A DNA stretch of 64,000 bases. Origin: Fimicolochytrium jonesii. Lineage: Eukaryota. Both the position numbers and the translations under genes were made by a program. This document shows, piece by piece, positions 37,051 through 48,389 of the stretch (positions are counted from its first letter, which is position 1; every line of letters begins with the position of its first letter). A model generated the notes under the pieces. The model had not been told where the DNA came from. It did no database searches and saw only the letters and a program-made list of their open reading frames with translations. The DNA is taken from NCBI RefSeq assembly GCF_025526975.1, contig NW_026515680.1, positions 186,001 to 250,000 of the forward strand. Reading direction: 5' to 3'.

Positions 37051-37472
37051 TGGGTTGATGGGGGGGGGGGGGGGGGGGGCGGTTCGATGGCCCTAGAGAT
37101 ATGGGTTGTCACACTACCGTACGGTACACTGGGTAGGATATCACACAATGCAGAGGTTGAGTGTACGGCAGCCTTTGGAACGGGTCGTGATATACATTCT
37201 TCTTCCAGCAGGGCGCATATCATTCCTAGCAGAGGGTTATCGAAATAACGCGTCGCCGCGTGACTTGTCCGAAACACTCGGAAAGTCCGAAAGAGCAGGT
37301 TTGAGCCAATGCACTCATTACTGCTACGGCGCTGCATAACAAACACCCACTGCACGTCCGCTGGCCTCACAAGTCTTCCTTAGCCCCTACAAAACCCAGC
37401 CGCCTCGCTCATTACGCTGCTGAATTGTCTCACTTGAAATTTTGCTACGTTGGCAGGTCAGGCCACAGCACA

Positions 37473-39168
37473 ATGCTCTCCCACGCAGCGCCCGAGGAGT
37501 TCCAAGCGGACATCATCTTCAGTCCAAATATGCACGCCGACGACACGCAATTCACGTTCCTCGAGTTACCGAAAGAAATTGCAGATCGGTATTTCAAGGA
37601 AGATGCTGAGGAGGATGGCGGATGCGTGTTGGGGGAACGGACTGGGTGGGTGCAGCTTTAACGAAATTTGTGCAGTTGGGGGGTCGACAGTGTCATAACT
37701 GAGTGTATCACACGCCAGCCTAGTCATCCGCGGCCTAGAATCCGACGAAGCCGTCCTCTGCACACCCACCACGACCTACGCCCTCCGCAGCGTCCAGACA
37801 TCAAACACCATGTTACTCCTCCGTGAGTCCGTCAGAGATGTAGATGAGATGGACACTGGCGGGGAAGCAAGACGGTTGTACGAGATCCACGAAGCGATGA
37901 CAACTTACCAGGAGATGGTGCCGTGTCAGCCGCGGTTGGATCGGTTGAGGCAGTTGTTGGAGGAGGCGATGTATAGGGGGCCCGGGGAGGAAGCGGGGAT
38001 AAGGGCAAGACGGGTAGGTGCGTGTCGCCAAAGACGCATTGGGGTGTAGCGTACTGACGGGATGTTTGGGAGATATAGAAACAGGATGGACAAGAGATGA
38101 AGCTTTATACCACGGACGACTTCCGGGATATGATCCAGGCTAGTGATGCGGAGATACAGAAGGGGCTTGAGGATGTGGGCGCTGTGTTGATGGATGGTAA
38201 GCGAGGCCACCCAGCCCGTTTTACGGATCCCTGACGTCGCAGCTCACTGTATATTGCCCCATTGTACAGGCCGCTGGCGGCTCTTGGATTCAAGCTACAA
38301 GACCTCCACCCTCAAATACCTCCTCATATCCGCGATCGCCGAAGACATGTCTATCGACAGCCTACCGGAATTGACTTGCGTAGCGTTGATGAAGGAAGAA
38401 GGCGTCCCAGAATGTGTTGTGAGACAGCTGTTGCGGTATTTTGCGAATGAGGTGGAGGAGAGGGATGGAGGTATGTTCAAATGGATTGTTATCGTATGGA
38501 GAGTAAATGGCTTACGACATGCAAGCAGAAGTGTTCTACAAGTTGTCAGAGGACAAGATTGGACGGTATCTCGGGGAGCAGCTGCTTGCGACCGCTGAGG
38601 TAACTATTCGCGCCTGACCGCATTCTATGGTTGGCAGGATGGTTCTCACGCCTTGTCCGCCACCCAGCTCCGCCAAACCCCCCTCGCAAACTTCATGCGT
38701 ACATGGCGCGAGCACGTACCCGAAAACATCTCAATCGACATACAAATGCTGAAGGTGGCTGCTGTTTCCCCCATTCTCTCACTATATCCCGCTCTATGTC
38801 CTCACACGCTTCACTCGCAGGGCTTATGTCTCCTCGAAGAATCACCCAACAAAACAGTCATCCAATACTTCCCTAAATCGTTGTTACCAATGGACGCCAA
38901 ATCGCGCTTCGAAACGCTGTTTAGGTGTAGGAAGAAGTGGAGTGGGGCGGAGATTATGCCTTACGGTAATGTGAAGTTTGGGTATCATGTTATACTGCTT
39001 TGGGGTGGCGAACTTCTCACTGATGATGTTATGGGATGTGATTTTTTTTTGGTAGTTGAGGATTTGGCACCGACTGCGCAGAAATTGGATGCGGTATTGT
39101 TGAAGTTTGCGAGGGTTTCGAGGGTGGGCGGGACGACGTTTTATACGAGTCGGTATGCTGTTAAGTGA
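37473..39168 (+). CDS. DCC1: Sister chromatid cohesion protein Dcc1 (Ctf18-RFC subunit), multi-exon
   Basis: FLELPKE..|LVIRGLESDEAVLCTPTTTYALRSVQTSNTMLL, PRLDRLRQLL, IQASDAEI, LPMDAKSRFETLF..RKKW, LLKFAR. Confidence 0.9.
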
Positions 39169-39715
39169 GGGGTGGTATCGTATGGAATGGATGGACATGC
39201 AGCCGGCGAGGGGGGACTGGGCGGACAGACGAGCGGGTAGATTCGAAGTTTCCCCGGTGGCATCAGCATGGCGTATTGGACGGGAAACCACCCCTCCCTC
39301 ACATTTGTCGCGGCGGCGTATGTTCAACAGCGCTCTCAGTAACGTCATAGCCCCCTGCATTCGACGATATTCATCGCGGCGCCGTATGTCCTGTGATAGT
39401 ACTCCCCTTTCCGATAGTTTGTAGCATATAGATTAATAGAAACATGGAAGATAGACCCGCCAGTGTACGGCGCGGAGATCATCAAAAGGAAAGGTCCTAC
39501 GAATGATCTGTTCAATGTCCCACAACGAATAGCACCGCATCGTCCCATCCCTCCGACATTGGAGTCCAGCGATCCGACGCATCGCTCTTCACATCCATCA
39601 TGTGCCACAGTCGACCTTCCCTCTCGGTGGCATCCACCGAACGGGGAATACTGCCTCGAGACGACCGCGTCCACGCCGACAAGCCAGATGACAGTCCTCC
39701 TAAACACTCCTCTCT

Positions 39716-39934
39716 CTGAGCGACAGCGAGCGCGAGCGGAGGAAGCCGCGCTGCAGGTGCAAGTAAATGTGAGCGACAGCGAACGGTCGTCGTCATTACT
39801 CGTTCGACTATCAAACCATCCCTTGCCCGTCGTTCCCATCCACCCACCCAATCATCCGTCGCCCGTTCGTGTGGATGTATTCAAGGTTGGAGCCGGTGTG
39901 AACCAATGACCATTGTAATGAGCGACAGCGAACA
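39716..39934 (+). repeat. Orphan copy of the GA-hairpin element between DCC1 and BolA
   Basis: 39731-39790 CGCGAGCGGAGGAAGCCGCGCTGCAGGTGCAAGTAAATGTGAGCGACAGCGAACGGTCGT aligns with BolA intron 41031-41085. TGAGC-GACA-GCGAR occurs three times. Confidence 0.7.
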
Positions 39935-40576
39935 GCAAATGTGATGATGAATGTTCGTTTTTATTACGGCGTTATGTATACAGAAACGATCATAGATTGC
40001 ACGCGTTTCAGACGGGAAGTGCAGGCGATAAGCGACGACGAAGCCGAAGGGATACGTGCCAGCGAGTGAATGTTGAGCGAGAGAGGAAGCCGAGACAGCG
40101 ATAGAGTGGTGAAACTGCTCTGGACAGCTGAAAGTACAGTAGACGTAGCTCTGTTGGGCGTGTTGTTTGTGAGGAAAGAAGTGGCCAGCAAACGCGTCTT
40201 CCCATGGCAGCTTACGGAGAACGCGACGCGCCAAATTGTTTGGAATCCGATCGCCTCCCTTCATGGTTATTTGCACGTCTGCCGGTCGATGACTTTTGAA
40301 AGTGTCCCGCAACCGAGGACCCTCCCATCTTCATCCCCCAGACAGATCCTTTGACGAACGCTAATCAAAACGACATGCAAAAACTGCCCCAAATGATTAG
40401 GCGCCTAAACAGAAGTGGCCAATCGCCCCCCCCCCCCCCTAAGCTGAGTCTAACTTGAAGGACTAAGGCGTGCATAGCTCGGCGGTGTAAGATTGGGGAT
40501 TTTGGGTGAGAAATAGGGTTGCACTGGTAGATAAATACGGAGCCCCATCAGCCTCTCCCTCTTCATCAACACCCGC

Positions 40577-41545
40577 ATGACCACCCTCCGCCTCCCCTCT
40601 CTCTTGCGCCACGTCGCCTTCCCGCGCACACCCGTCATTTCCAGGTCTTTTGCGACGAAACCCGCAACAATGGCAGGTCCAGTCTACTCGAGCATCGAAA
40701 CCAAGCTGACGGAGGCACTACAGCCGACTGTTCTGGAGATTGTAGACGAGAGCTATAAGCATGCCGGTCATGCTGCTATGAAGGGTTTGAAGCCAGTTGA
40801 AACGCACTTCAGGTGGGAATAGCGGAGTGAACGAGCAGGGAATTGGTTCGGTCTGGGAGACCGAGCGTAGGGGCGGTCGACCAGAGGGAACGCCTTCGCG
40901 AGCGAAGCGAGCGACTGCGACGAGCGAGGCGAGGCGCAGGGATGCTTGAGGCAGGCGAGCCATGAGCCGAGCCCTGGTTCGGCGGTCTGGAAAACCGAGC
41001 GTCAATGAGGTCGACCAGAGCGAACGCCTACGCGAGCGAAGCGGCGCCGCAGGCGCAATACCTGTGAGTAATAGCGAACGGTCGTTCTTAAGCGATGGCG
41101 GGCCCTTATGTGAGCGAAAGCGAACGATCGTTTCTTACTGGTTTTTAGTGATCATCGGTGGGTTGATGATTGAATGTCGATGGTTGGATGGGTTGATGTG
41201 TGGCTTATGGTTGATAGGTCGATGGGTGGTGGATGGATGACGGTTGCTGGGTCGACGGGTTGGTCGATGGTCGGTGGGTTGATGGTCAATGGTTGACTGT
41301 TAACGCATGTTTCGTCCCGTGGGATATAGGGTAACGGCCGTTTCGTCAAAGTTCGAAGGCAAGCGTCTCGTACAAAGGCATCAGGTACAACTAGCGACGC
41401 TCTCTTTTTCATCAAAGTATTGTCAACTGATACAGCTATATATGTCGATAAACAGCTAGTGTACGAAATCTTGGGACAGGAGCTGAAGGAGGGTTTGCAT
41501 GCGCTGTCGTTGTCGACAAAGACGCCTGAGGAGTATCAGAAGTGA
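40577..41545 (+). CDS. BolA-family protein (BolA1/Bol1-like) with probable mitochondrial presequence; exons 40577-40812, 41330-41384, about 41456-41545
   Basis: IETKLTEALQPTVLEIVDESYKHAGH...ETHFR|VTAVSSKFEGKRLVQRHQ|LVYEILGQELKEGLHALSLSTKTPEE. Confidence 0.93.
40870..41130 (+). repeat. Two tandem copies of the dispersed GA-hairpin element in BolA intron 1 (40813-41329)
   Basis: GGTCGACCAGAG[G/C]GAACGCCT[T/A]CGCGAGCGAAGC at about 40875 and 41009. Hairpins GTGAGT-AATA-GCGAAC and GTGAGC-GAAA-GCGAAC. Followed by about 150 bp of degenerate GGTYGAT repeats. Confidence 0.85.
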
Positions 41546-42008
41546 GAAATGGATACTGAACGAAGTTGGCCGATGGTCGAATGTTGGGCAGCATGAAGGT
41601 TGCGTGGGTGTGCGACTTGCCGGAAGTGCGGAGGACGGACGCTACCCTACCGATAGTTGTAGAAATCGTTATGCACCAGAACGGCTTTCGTTAGAGCCGC
41701 ATCACGCAGGTGCTCGGCTCTAGCCGTCCAAAGCCAGGCGTAACGAGATGCTTCCTCGCCGGTGCAAGCTCTTCCGAGAGCCGTGGCGAAGAGCGTACTA
41801 GGTCTCCATTCCAAATGGTAGCCTAGACATGTGGGCATTAGGCCAGAGGATGGATCTTAGATCAAAGTGCCTTCGTGATAGATTGAAATCACCGACCAAA
41901 ACGTATCAAATTAGATTCACCGTCTACCTATATTACTCTAACCTGAACATGGATTCTAGTACATATGAGACACCGACGCAATTATACACCGTTAGAAGCA
42001 CCCCCTAA

Positions 42009-44316
42009 TCACCGATCAGTTCTCGACTCCTTCCTTCTTGGCGGCGGCAGCACCATCTGCGGGGCATAGTCCCCATGATCCCCCCCACCACTCGAATACT
42101 CAAAAGCCGGCCTAAAACCCTGCCGCACCTCCATAGCCGCAGTATCATATATCTCGGGCACAGGAGTTCCATATGTTGGCCTATGCGGCGGCGGCGATGG
42201 CAGAACCCCACCATTCCTCGCCCAACTCTCGTTCAAGGCAAGGTCGCTTGGGGAGCTCTCATCTGACCCTTCCTCGCCGCCGCGGGACTGCGAGCCAAAT
42301 GTAGACGCGGATAACCGGACGGGTACTGATGTCGTCCGTTTTGCGCCCTGCGCTATTGGGCTTGGAGGGTAGGGACTGGTGATGTGCCCCGACCTGTCGT
42401 GGGATATCGCGCTGTGGTATGCGGCTCGGGCATCATCAATCACATGGAGTTGCAAGTACGAAGAATCCGCCTTCGGCCCGGAGGTGGTTTCGGTGACATG
42501 CTGCACTGACCCGCGGGGTGGGAACTCGTAGTATTTGTTGTAGATACTATTGGTGGGTTGATAAAGCTGCTCCGGGCTCGACCGCGCCTGCGGCATCCGG
42601 TGCATCGGCGGCCCGTTCGGCGTCATATCCGCCCCCACGTCAGCGTTATCATACCGCGATTGGTGCGTCGTCCGCGGGCTCTGCGGGCGCGGACTGCGAT
42701 AAGGCAGTTCATGCACGTACTGCTCCTCCTCGAACATCTCGGTGCTGGGATGGTATCCCAACCCAGTCGATCGCGAAATTGAGCGTCGCGAGACCCTTCC
42801 CATCGACGATGCCCGCATGACAGGCTCATGCGCCGCGGGCGGAGAAGTGGGCGCGGGGAACACGTAGTCCGGTTTCGGAGACATTTTGGGCATACTGGCG
42901 TACGAGAATTTCGTCGAATGCGCCGACGGCCGCCGTTTCACGTCCGCCTGCGGATCCACGTGCAGATCGTCCATACTAGGCAGGGCCGAATGTCCCCTCA
43001 GCGGTGCCGACGACACACTAGCAGTCTTTGGCTCTAACCCCAACGCGACCTTCCATTCCTTTATAACCTGCGGGGATATCAAGATGATGACGTTCCATAG
43101 CCCAACGAACAGGCCGATGCAGAGTCCGAAGGCGACGAGGTTCATGTTTGGAAGGTGGGGTTCGGCGAGCGGGGCGCAAAAATCTTGGGCGTTGGTGGAG
43201 GAGGCGTTTGAGGGTGGGATGAGGGAGAATTTGACGATGCAGGTGAACCAGTCGGCGGCCCAGGAGGATTTGGTGGGGTCGGAGGCGAGGAGTTCTTTGA
43301 CGGAGTTGTAGGTTTTTGTGTAGACCAGCTGTGGGAATCAATCGTTGTAAGTCATGATGGCCTCGGGGATGAATGAATGTTGGATGTACGAGACACTTAC
43401 GTAGAAAGCAAACCAAGCAACCTGAGCAACAAAGGTAAACAGCGCCGGACGCCACTGCATCTTGATCTGCTCCGAAAGCATTTTCTGGCTCTGACTGCTG
43501 TGGGCGCGCTTGGTGACGATGTACATCCATATCGCGGTGATGATATGGAGGACCAGCATAGTGACGACAAGCGCCGCTTGCACGAAGAAGAATAGTTCGT
43601 TGGCTTTGTCGGTTGAAACGGAGCATCTGATTGATAGGGGGATGGGGTCAGTCAAACAGCCCTCCCCAGTGGGTGCGAGGAAGAGTGAAGTCAGCAACGA
43701 CTTACAGAAATCCAGGTTGGGCTTCAATATGTCTCCCCGACGCAACCAACCCCGTCAACGTCGCCGGGCCCCCAATCACAAATGCGTACACCGCGTATCT
43801 GAACCTTTCCATATGTCTCGACTGCCACACGACACTAAAATGCAAGTTGACGACGATCGCAAACGCCGCAAACAGACACAGATGCACACCCCCCACGAAT
43901 AAGAGACCCTGGACCGCGCACGCGGAGTTATTATCCCAATTCGCCGCCGCGATCCCATCAGGAGCACACTGCACGTTGCGTTTCACATTCGGGAACGCTG
44001 CCAGCGACGACCCGGTGTACAGCGTCAGCCCAAAATTGTTGAGGAGGATCAGGATGCCCTGGTAGCGGCGGCGGTTGGGGAGGATGATATGCGTGATCAT
44101 CAGGAACAGGCCGCAGACGAAGGAAATGAAGAAGATGACCTGGTAGAGCACCATGAGGCGGTCGAGGTAGCCTGTGGGGTAGAAGCTGTTGGCGACGGGA
44201 CAGGGGACGCAGCACCGGAGTGTTGGCGAGATGTTGACGCAGGTGGTGGTGTTGAGAAATGTGCCCGGGGCGGCCTGGACGAAGGGTTCGGGACATCCTG
44301 TGAGGAGGGAGGCCAT
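42009..44316 (-). CDS. 7TM receptor, Frizzled/Smoothened-like (class F-like) with long S/P-rich cytoplasmic tail
   Basis: Cys-rich pre-TM1 segment (CPEPF..CCVPCP), seven hydrophobic helices, conserved loop cysteines (VQC..D, CAVQG, W..C, QDFC) and EWK after TM7. An upstream exon is possible. Confidence 0.7.
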
Positions 44317-45951
44317 TATGGGTGGGCTGTTCAGCAGTTTGGGATCTTCGCTTTCCTTGAAGCCGGTATATACGCTCTATGAGAGAGACCTGCTATATCT
44401 ACGGTTAATGAGAGTATCTAGCTGGCGAAAAGAGACTAGACTTGCCAACGGAGACTTCGACGGAAGCGAAGGGGGGAAGAAGAGCATCGAACACTTGCAC
44501 ACCTCAGTTCAGCCTCCCCTCCGCCTATGTTTAAATCATCAGATATCTTTCGTTCACCATCTCGAAACAAAAAACCGCACGATGGCGGGATTGTTGTGTC
44601 GTTATGGTTTTTCGGTCGTGATCATAAGGATTTTTGCCTCCCAAAACCGGGATATTTCAGTGGCGAGTCACCATGGCAGGGCCATGGCGGTATGAAAAGG
44701 CTATTCATAGCCGACTGGCTTGGGGACGCTCGGAACGCTCACCAGCCCTCGCAAGGTTGCGCTTAACTGGTGGAACTTTTTCGCGGCGCTCCGATATCTG
44801 GGTAATGCCCTCAAAAAGCACGCTAAAACGCGTCCTAACGTAAGCGTGGCTTGTTTTGTTCGCGGTTACATTCATGATCGTGCACAACTGAGACGCAAGC
44901 CCCGCGGGTAGCACATGCGGATGGGATGGAAGACCTTAGACTGGGAGATTCCATGGAGAAGATGCCGGGCGACCTCTGAAAAGCTGTGCTACGAAGGAAG
45001 AGTGTCACCAATGACCACGGCGGAGGTCCGACGCGAATAGAGAAACCGGTCATTTCTGGCATTGGCCACTGTTAAATCTAAGCGAAATAGCCAGACGGAC
45101 GCACGCTTGATTGCGGTGTCGAGGTTAGGGTCAAGGCTTGGAGCATTGGGTTTTATGTTCCACATCTCCATTGACCCGGGCCTGGCTAGTGCACGTTTCC
45201 ATACAGTTTTGGATTCCACTTCGTCATGTCCAATGTCAACGGCTCCCACATATGTCCATTGATCTGGCGATTCGTTCGCGCCCGGCATTCTTGGCCTTTC
45301 TTGTCTTCTCTCACATGTCATTGCCTATGAAGCTCGGCGAGATCTGTGCAGCAGGACGTACGGTCATCTTTGCAAGGTCGAGGATATCTGTGCAATAGTA
45401 GGACTCGAAGCATTTGAACATCCCAGTTGTCATGTTGATAGTTGCAGCGTTGAAGTGTTCCACATCTGCATTGCCAGAGGCTGGGGGGGTCCAGTAGTCC
45501 AGATGCACTTCGCACAAACTACGGGTAGTAGCCCAGATTGCCGTATGAATTCTGTTTGAGCCAGGTCAGGCTACCGGAAACGCCGCAAACATCGAACACT
45601 TACGGCCGACAGCCTTTGGCGTTCAGCGAAGGAGGGTGCAATGTCAGCCTGAGGATGTCGACGAAAAGATAATGTCGAGCAGAATAGACAGCCGACGGAA
45701 TGTATCAGAGTGGATATGCACTGTTTTGATGATATGTTTTACGTCTCTTATATATTAAAACAAACAAACACGGTAGTGACCAAAACAACACAATACAACA
45801 CAGAGCAAGAAAAGAGCAATCAAAGTGTCAAAAAGATATATGAGTGACTACCCGCCCAGTCCCGAGCCCCAAAAAAACATATTCAACAAATCAAAGATGA
45901 GGGTGAGGGGGAAGCGACTCCATCCCACATATTCATGACAGTGCTTGTACT

Positions 45952-46824
45952 CTAAACGGCAGGGGTAGGGGCAGGAGGCGCAGGCGCCACTGCGGAGATC
46001 TCGACAACTTGGGTGGCGACGAGGGTCTGGGAGGGGCGGGCCTCGACGATGGTACCGGGGACGACGGTGGGGACGAGGATTTCTGAGGAAATTGTGAGTA
46101 CTTGCGGGACGACGACGGTGGCGGGCACTTCGACGGTTTGGGTGGTTTGGACTGTGTAGGGGACTTGCTCGGTGATGTACTGTGGACCGAGAGAGAATGC
46201 ACATAGGAGAGTCAGAACATTGTCAGGCAAAGAGACTGCGAGGAGCAGTAGCAAGATGAGCATAAAAACATACCTGAGTGATAACGGTAGGGTAGACGGT
46301 CTGAGTGTACCGCGTGACGACACCGTACTGCACCTCCAGCGTGCTGGTGGGCTGGATGAGAGGCGCACCGGGCTCGATGATGACGGTGGGCACCGCGACT
46401 TGCGAGGTGAAGAACGTTGGAATGGGAACGTTCACATCGACGACGGTGGTGGCCAGCACCTCGCGTGTCACGGCGACGGATGCGGCGACCGGGACTGCGG
46501 TTTGCCTGTGAAGCGGAGGGAACAGGACACCGATCAGTCAAATGTTCAAATGGATGAGGGAAAAAATTCAACATGAAATCCAACACCAAATACTTACTGG
46601 ACAACGGGAACAATCCTAGTATCAAAGATAGTCTGCACGCCAACCACGTTGGTCACAGCCGCCTGGACAGCGGTGGCAGCCTGCGTCACGGCATTGGCGA
46701 CGGGCGTGACGACCGCATCAACGGCCGAGCTGACGGCGGCAACCTGACGACCGAGCTTGAAGAAAGGCGCGGCCTGGGCACCGGTGGCGCAAGCGAGACC
46801 AAGGATAACAGCGGCGGCCTTCAT
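45952..46824 (-). CDS. Secreted Val/Thr/Pro-rich low-complexity protein (3 exons)
   Basis: Signal peptide MKAAAVILGLACATGAQA and GT-AG introns in phase. The mature part is dominated by V/T/P/Q, with no Cys. Confidence 0.8.
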
Positions 46825-48389
46825 ATTGACGATGAGTGTTGAGAAATGGGAAAGGTAGATGTGTTCGTTCGACAAGACGCGAAAAGTGCTGCTGTACGGT
46901 GAATGAGAGGTTCGCTAGACCTGATTGCTACTACGTCGTCGTCTGATTGCAGAGTTGTTCGCAAGTTGGAAAATATCGAAAAACGATGCCGGGGGGGCAT
47001 GGCGACCCCCCTGTCTTTATATACTGCCACGCCGAGCTCCTTTGCGCCTCATATCGTACCTGCAGCGTAGGGACCGAGGTGGGCCTTCAATGTGCCTGAC
47101 ATCATTCCCGCCCTGTGAGTGACGGACCGCCCGCGGACATTTCAATGGAGGGGAGGACCCGAACCGTGCCGTGGTAAAGCCACTTGAAGCATAATAGCGC
47201 GCATAGTGTCATTCGTAACGACTTCGCCATAGGGAAGGTGAGGTGCGGGCACTGTGAGGTTACCTATTGAAGTGCAAGAACAAAGGATCGGCGCCATCGT
47301 CGCCCATTTTCTGTTTCGCCAAATGCACAAATGAACGTGAAAGCGGCGTTTTTGGCCAAGAAATGGCGCATCAAGCGCGAGCATAAATGAGCAGATCAAA
47401 CGGTACGCTGCTCGTACGCGAATGACGCAATGAATTGGACCAGAGAAAAGCATGCTTGGCATGGCATGCGAGATACTGCGTTGCGTTTAACCTCTTCCAA
47501 ATGGCGTGCGCAAAAAGTGCCTTAAATTGTAAGGACGCGAAGCTGGACGCGAAGGGGGCGTCGACCCCTTCCCCCGGATGGCCCCTAGAGGGCTTCCCAC
47601 AACCTAAACATGATGCTCATCATATGCCGAGGGCACGTTGATCATCCCAATCGATCAAATAAACCATTTGATGGAGAGGCTCACACATGCACGTTAAACC
47701 TTATACGAAACTGAAGCAGCACCGCCCGTTCCCATCGATGTGTAAGCAAGCGCACTGGCGCATGCAGATCATCAACTACAATTTTGCTGCGATGCCTCCT
47801 CACATTACTTCAAAGGGTTTCTCCGAGGTTCTCTTGGACTCGTCTCGCCCTCTTTATATGCTTTTATGCCGCCGCTCGGCGGCCAACACACTCCACGCAT
47901 TTCGATGCAGATTGAATGACGTCGGAATGCGGAACGCCTCCTTGTCCCCCATTCGGAAGGTTCATTTCCACCCGGAGGTCTGAAAGTTGTTACTGCACAC
48001 CTTCTCTGAATGTACGGAATGTACGTCGATCGTTCTATGTTTCGCTTGTGCATGGACCTGTTGGCCCGCTTCGATGCCCTGTCAAACGTCGGGACGCTGG
48101 CTTATGTAAGATATCGTCGCGCTGTCACTTTCCGCGCCACGTGATGAGCTTGAATGGAAACTGCGCGCCGAATGTCCCCGGCCAAAGTCATACGGACCAA
48201 TACCGGCGGAAGTTGAAGGAACCACGTGCCCCCGGTACTGTCTGCGTCTACTGTAATTACTAATCCGTAAATGACGGGCGACCCCACTTTCGCGCGTACA
48301 AAGGCAGGCGTTGAAAAAGGGCAAGGCACACTCCCCAGCGCTCTCCCTCACCAGGCCCAGTAGCATATCCGCCACTTCCCCAACAGAAA

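Noticed and set aside
44700..45550. Short minus-strand ORFs as the missing extracellular domain of the GPCR
   Set aside because: No signal peptide or Frizzled CRD cysteine pattern, and no in-frame splice path could be built.
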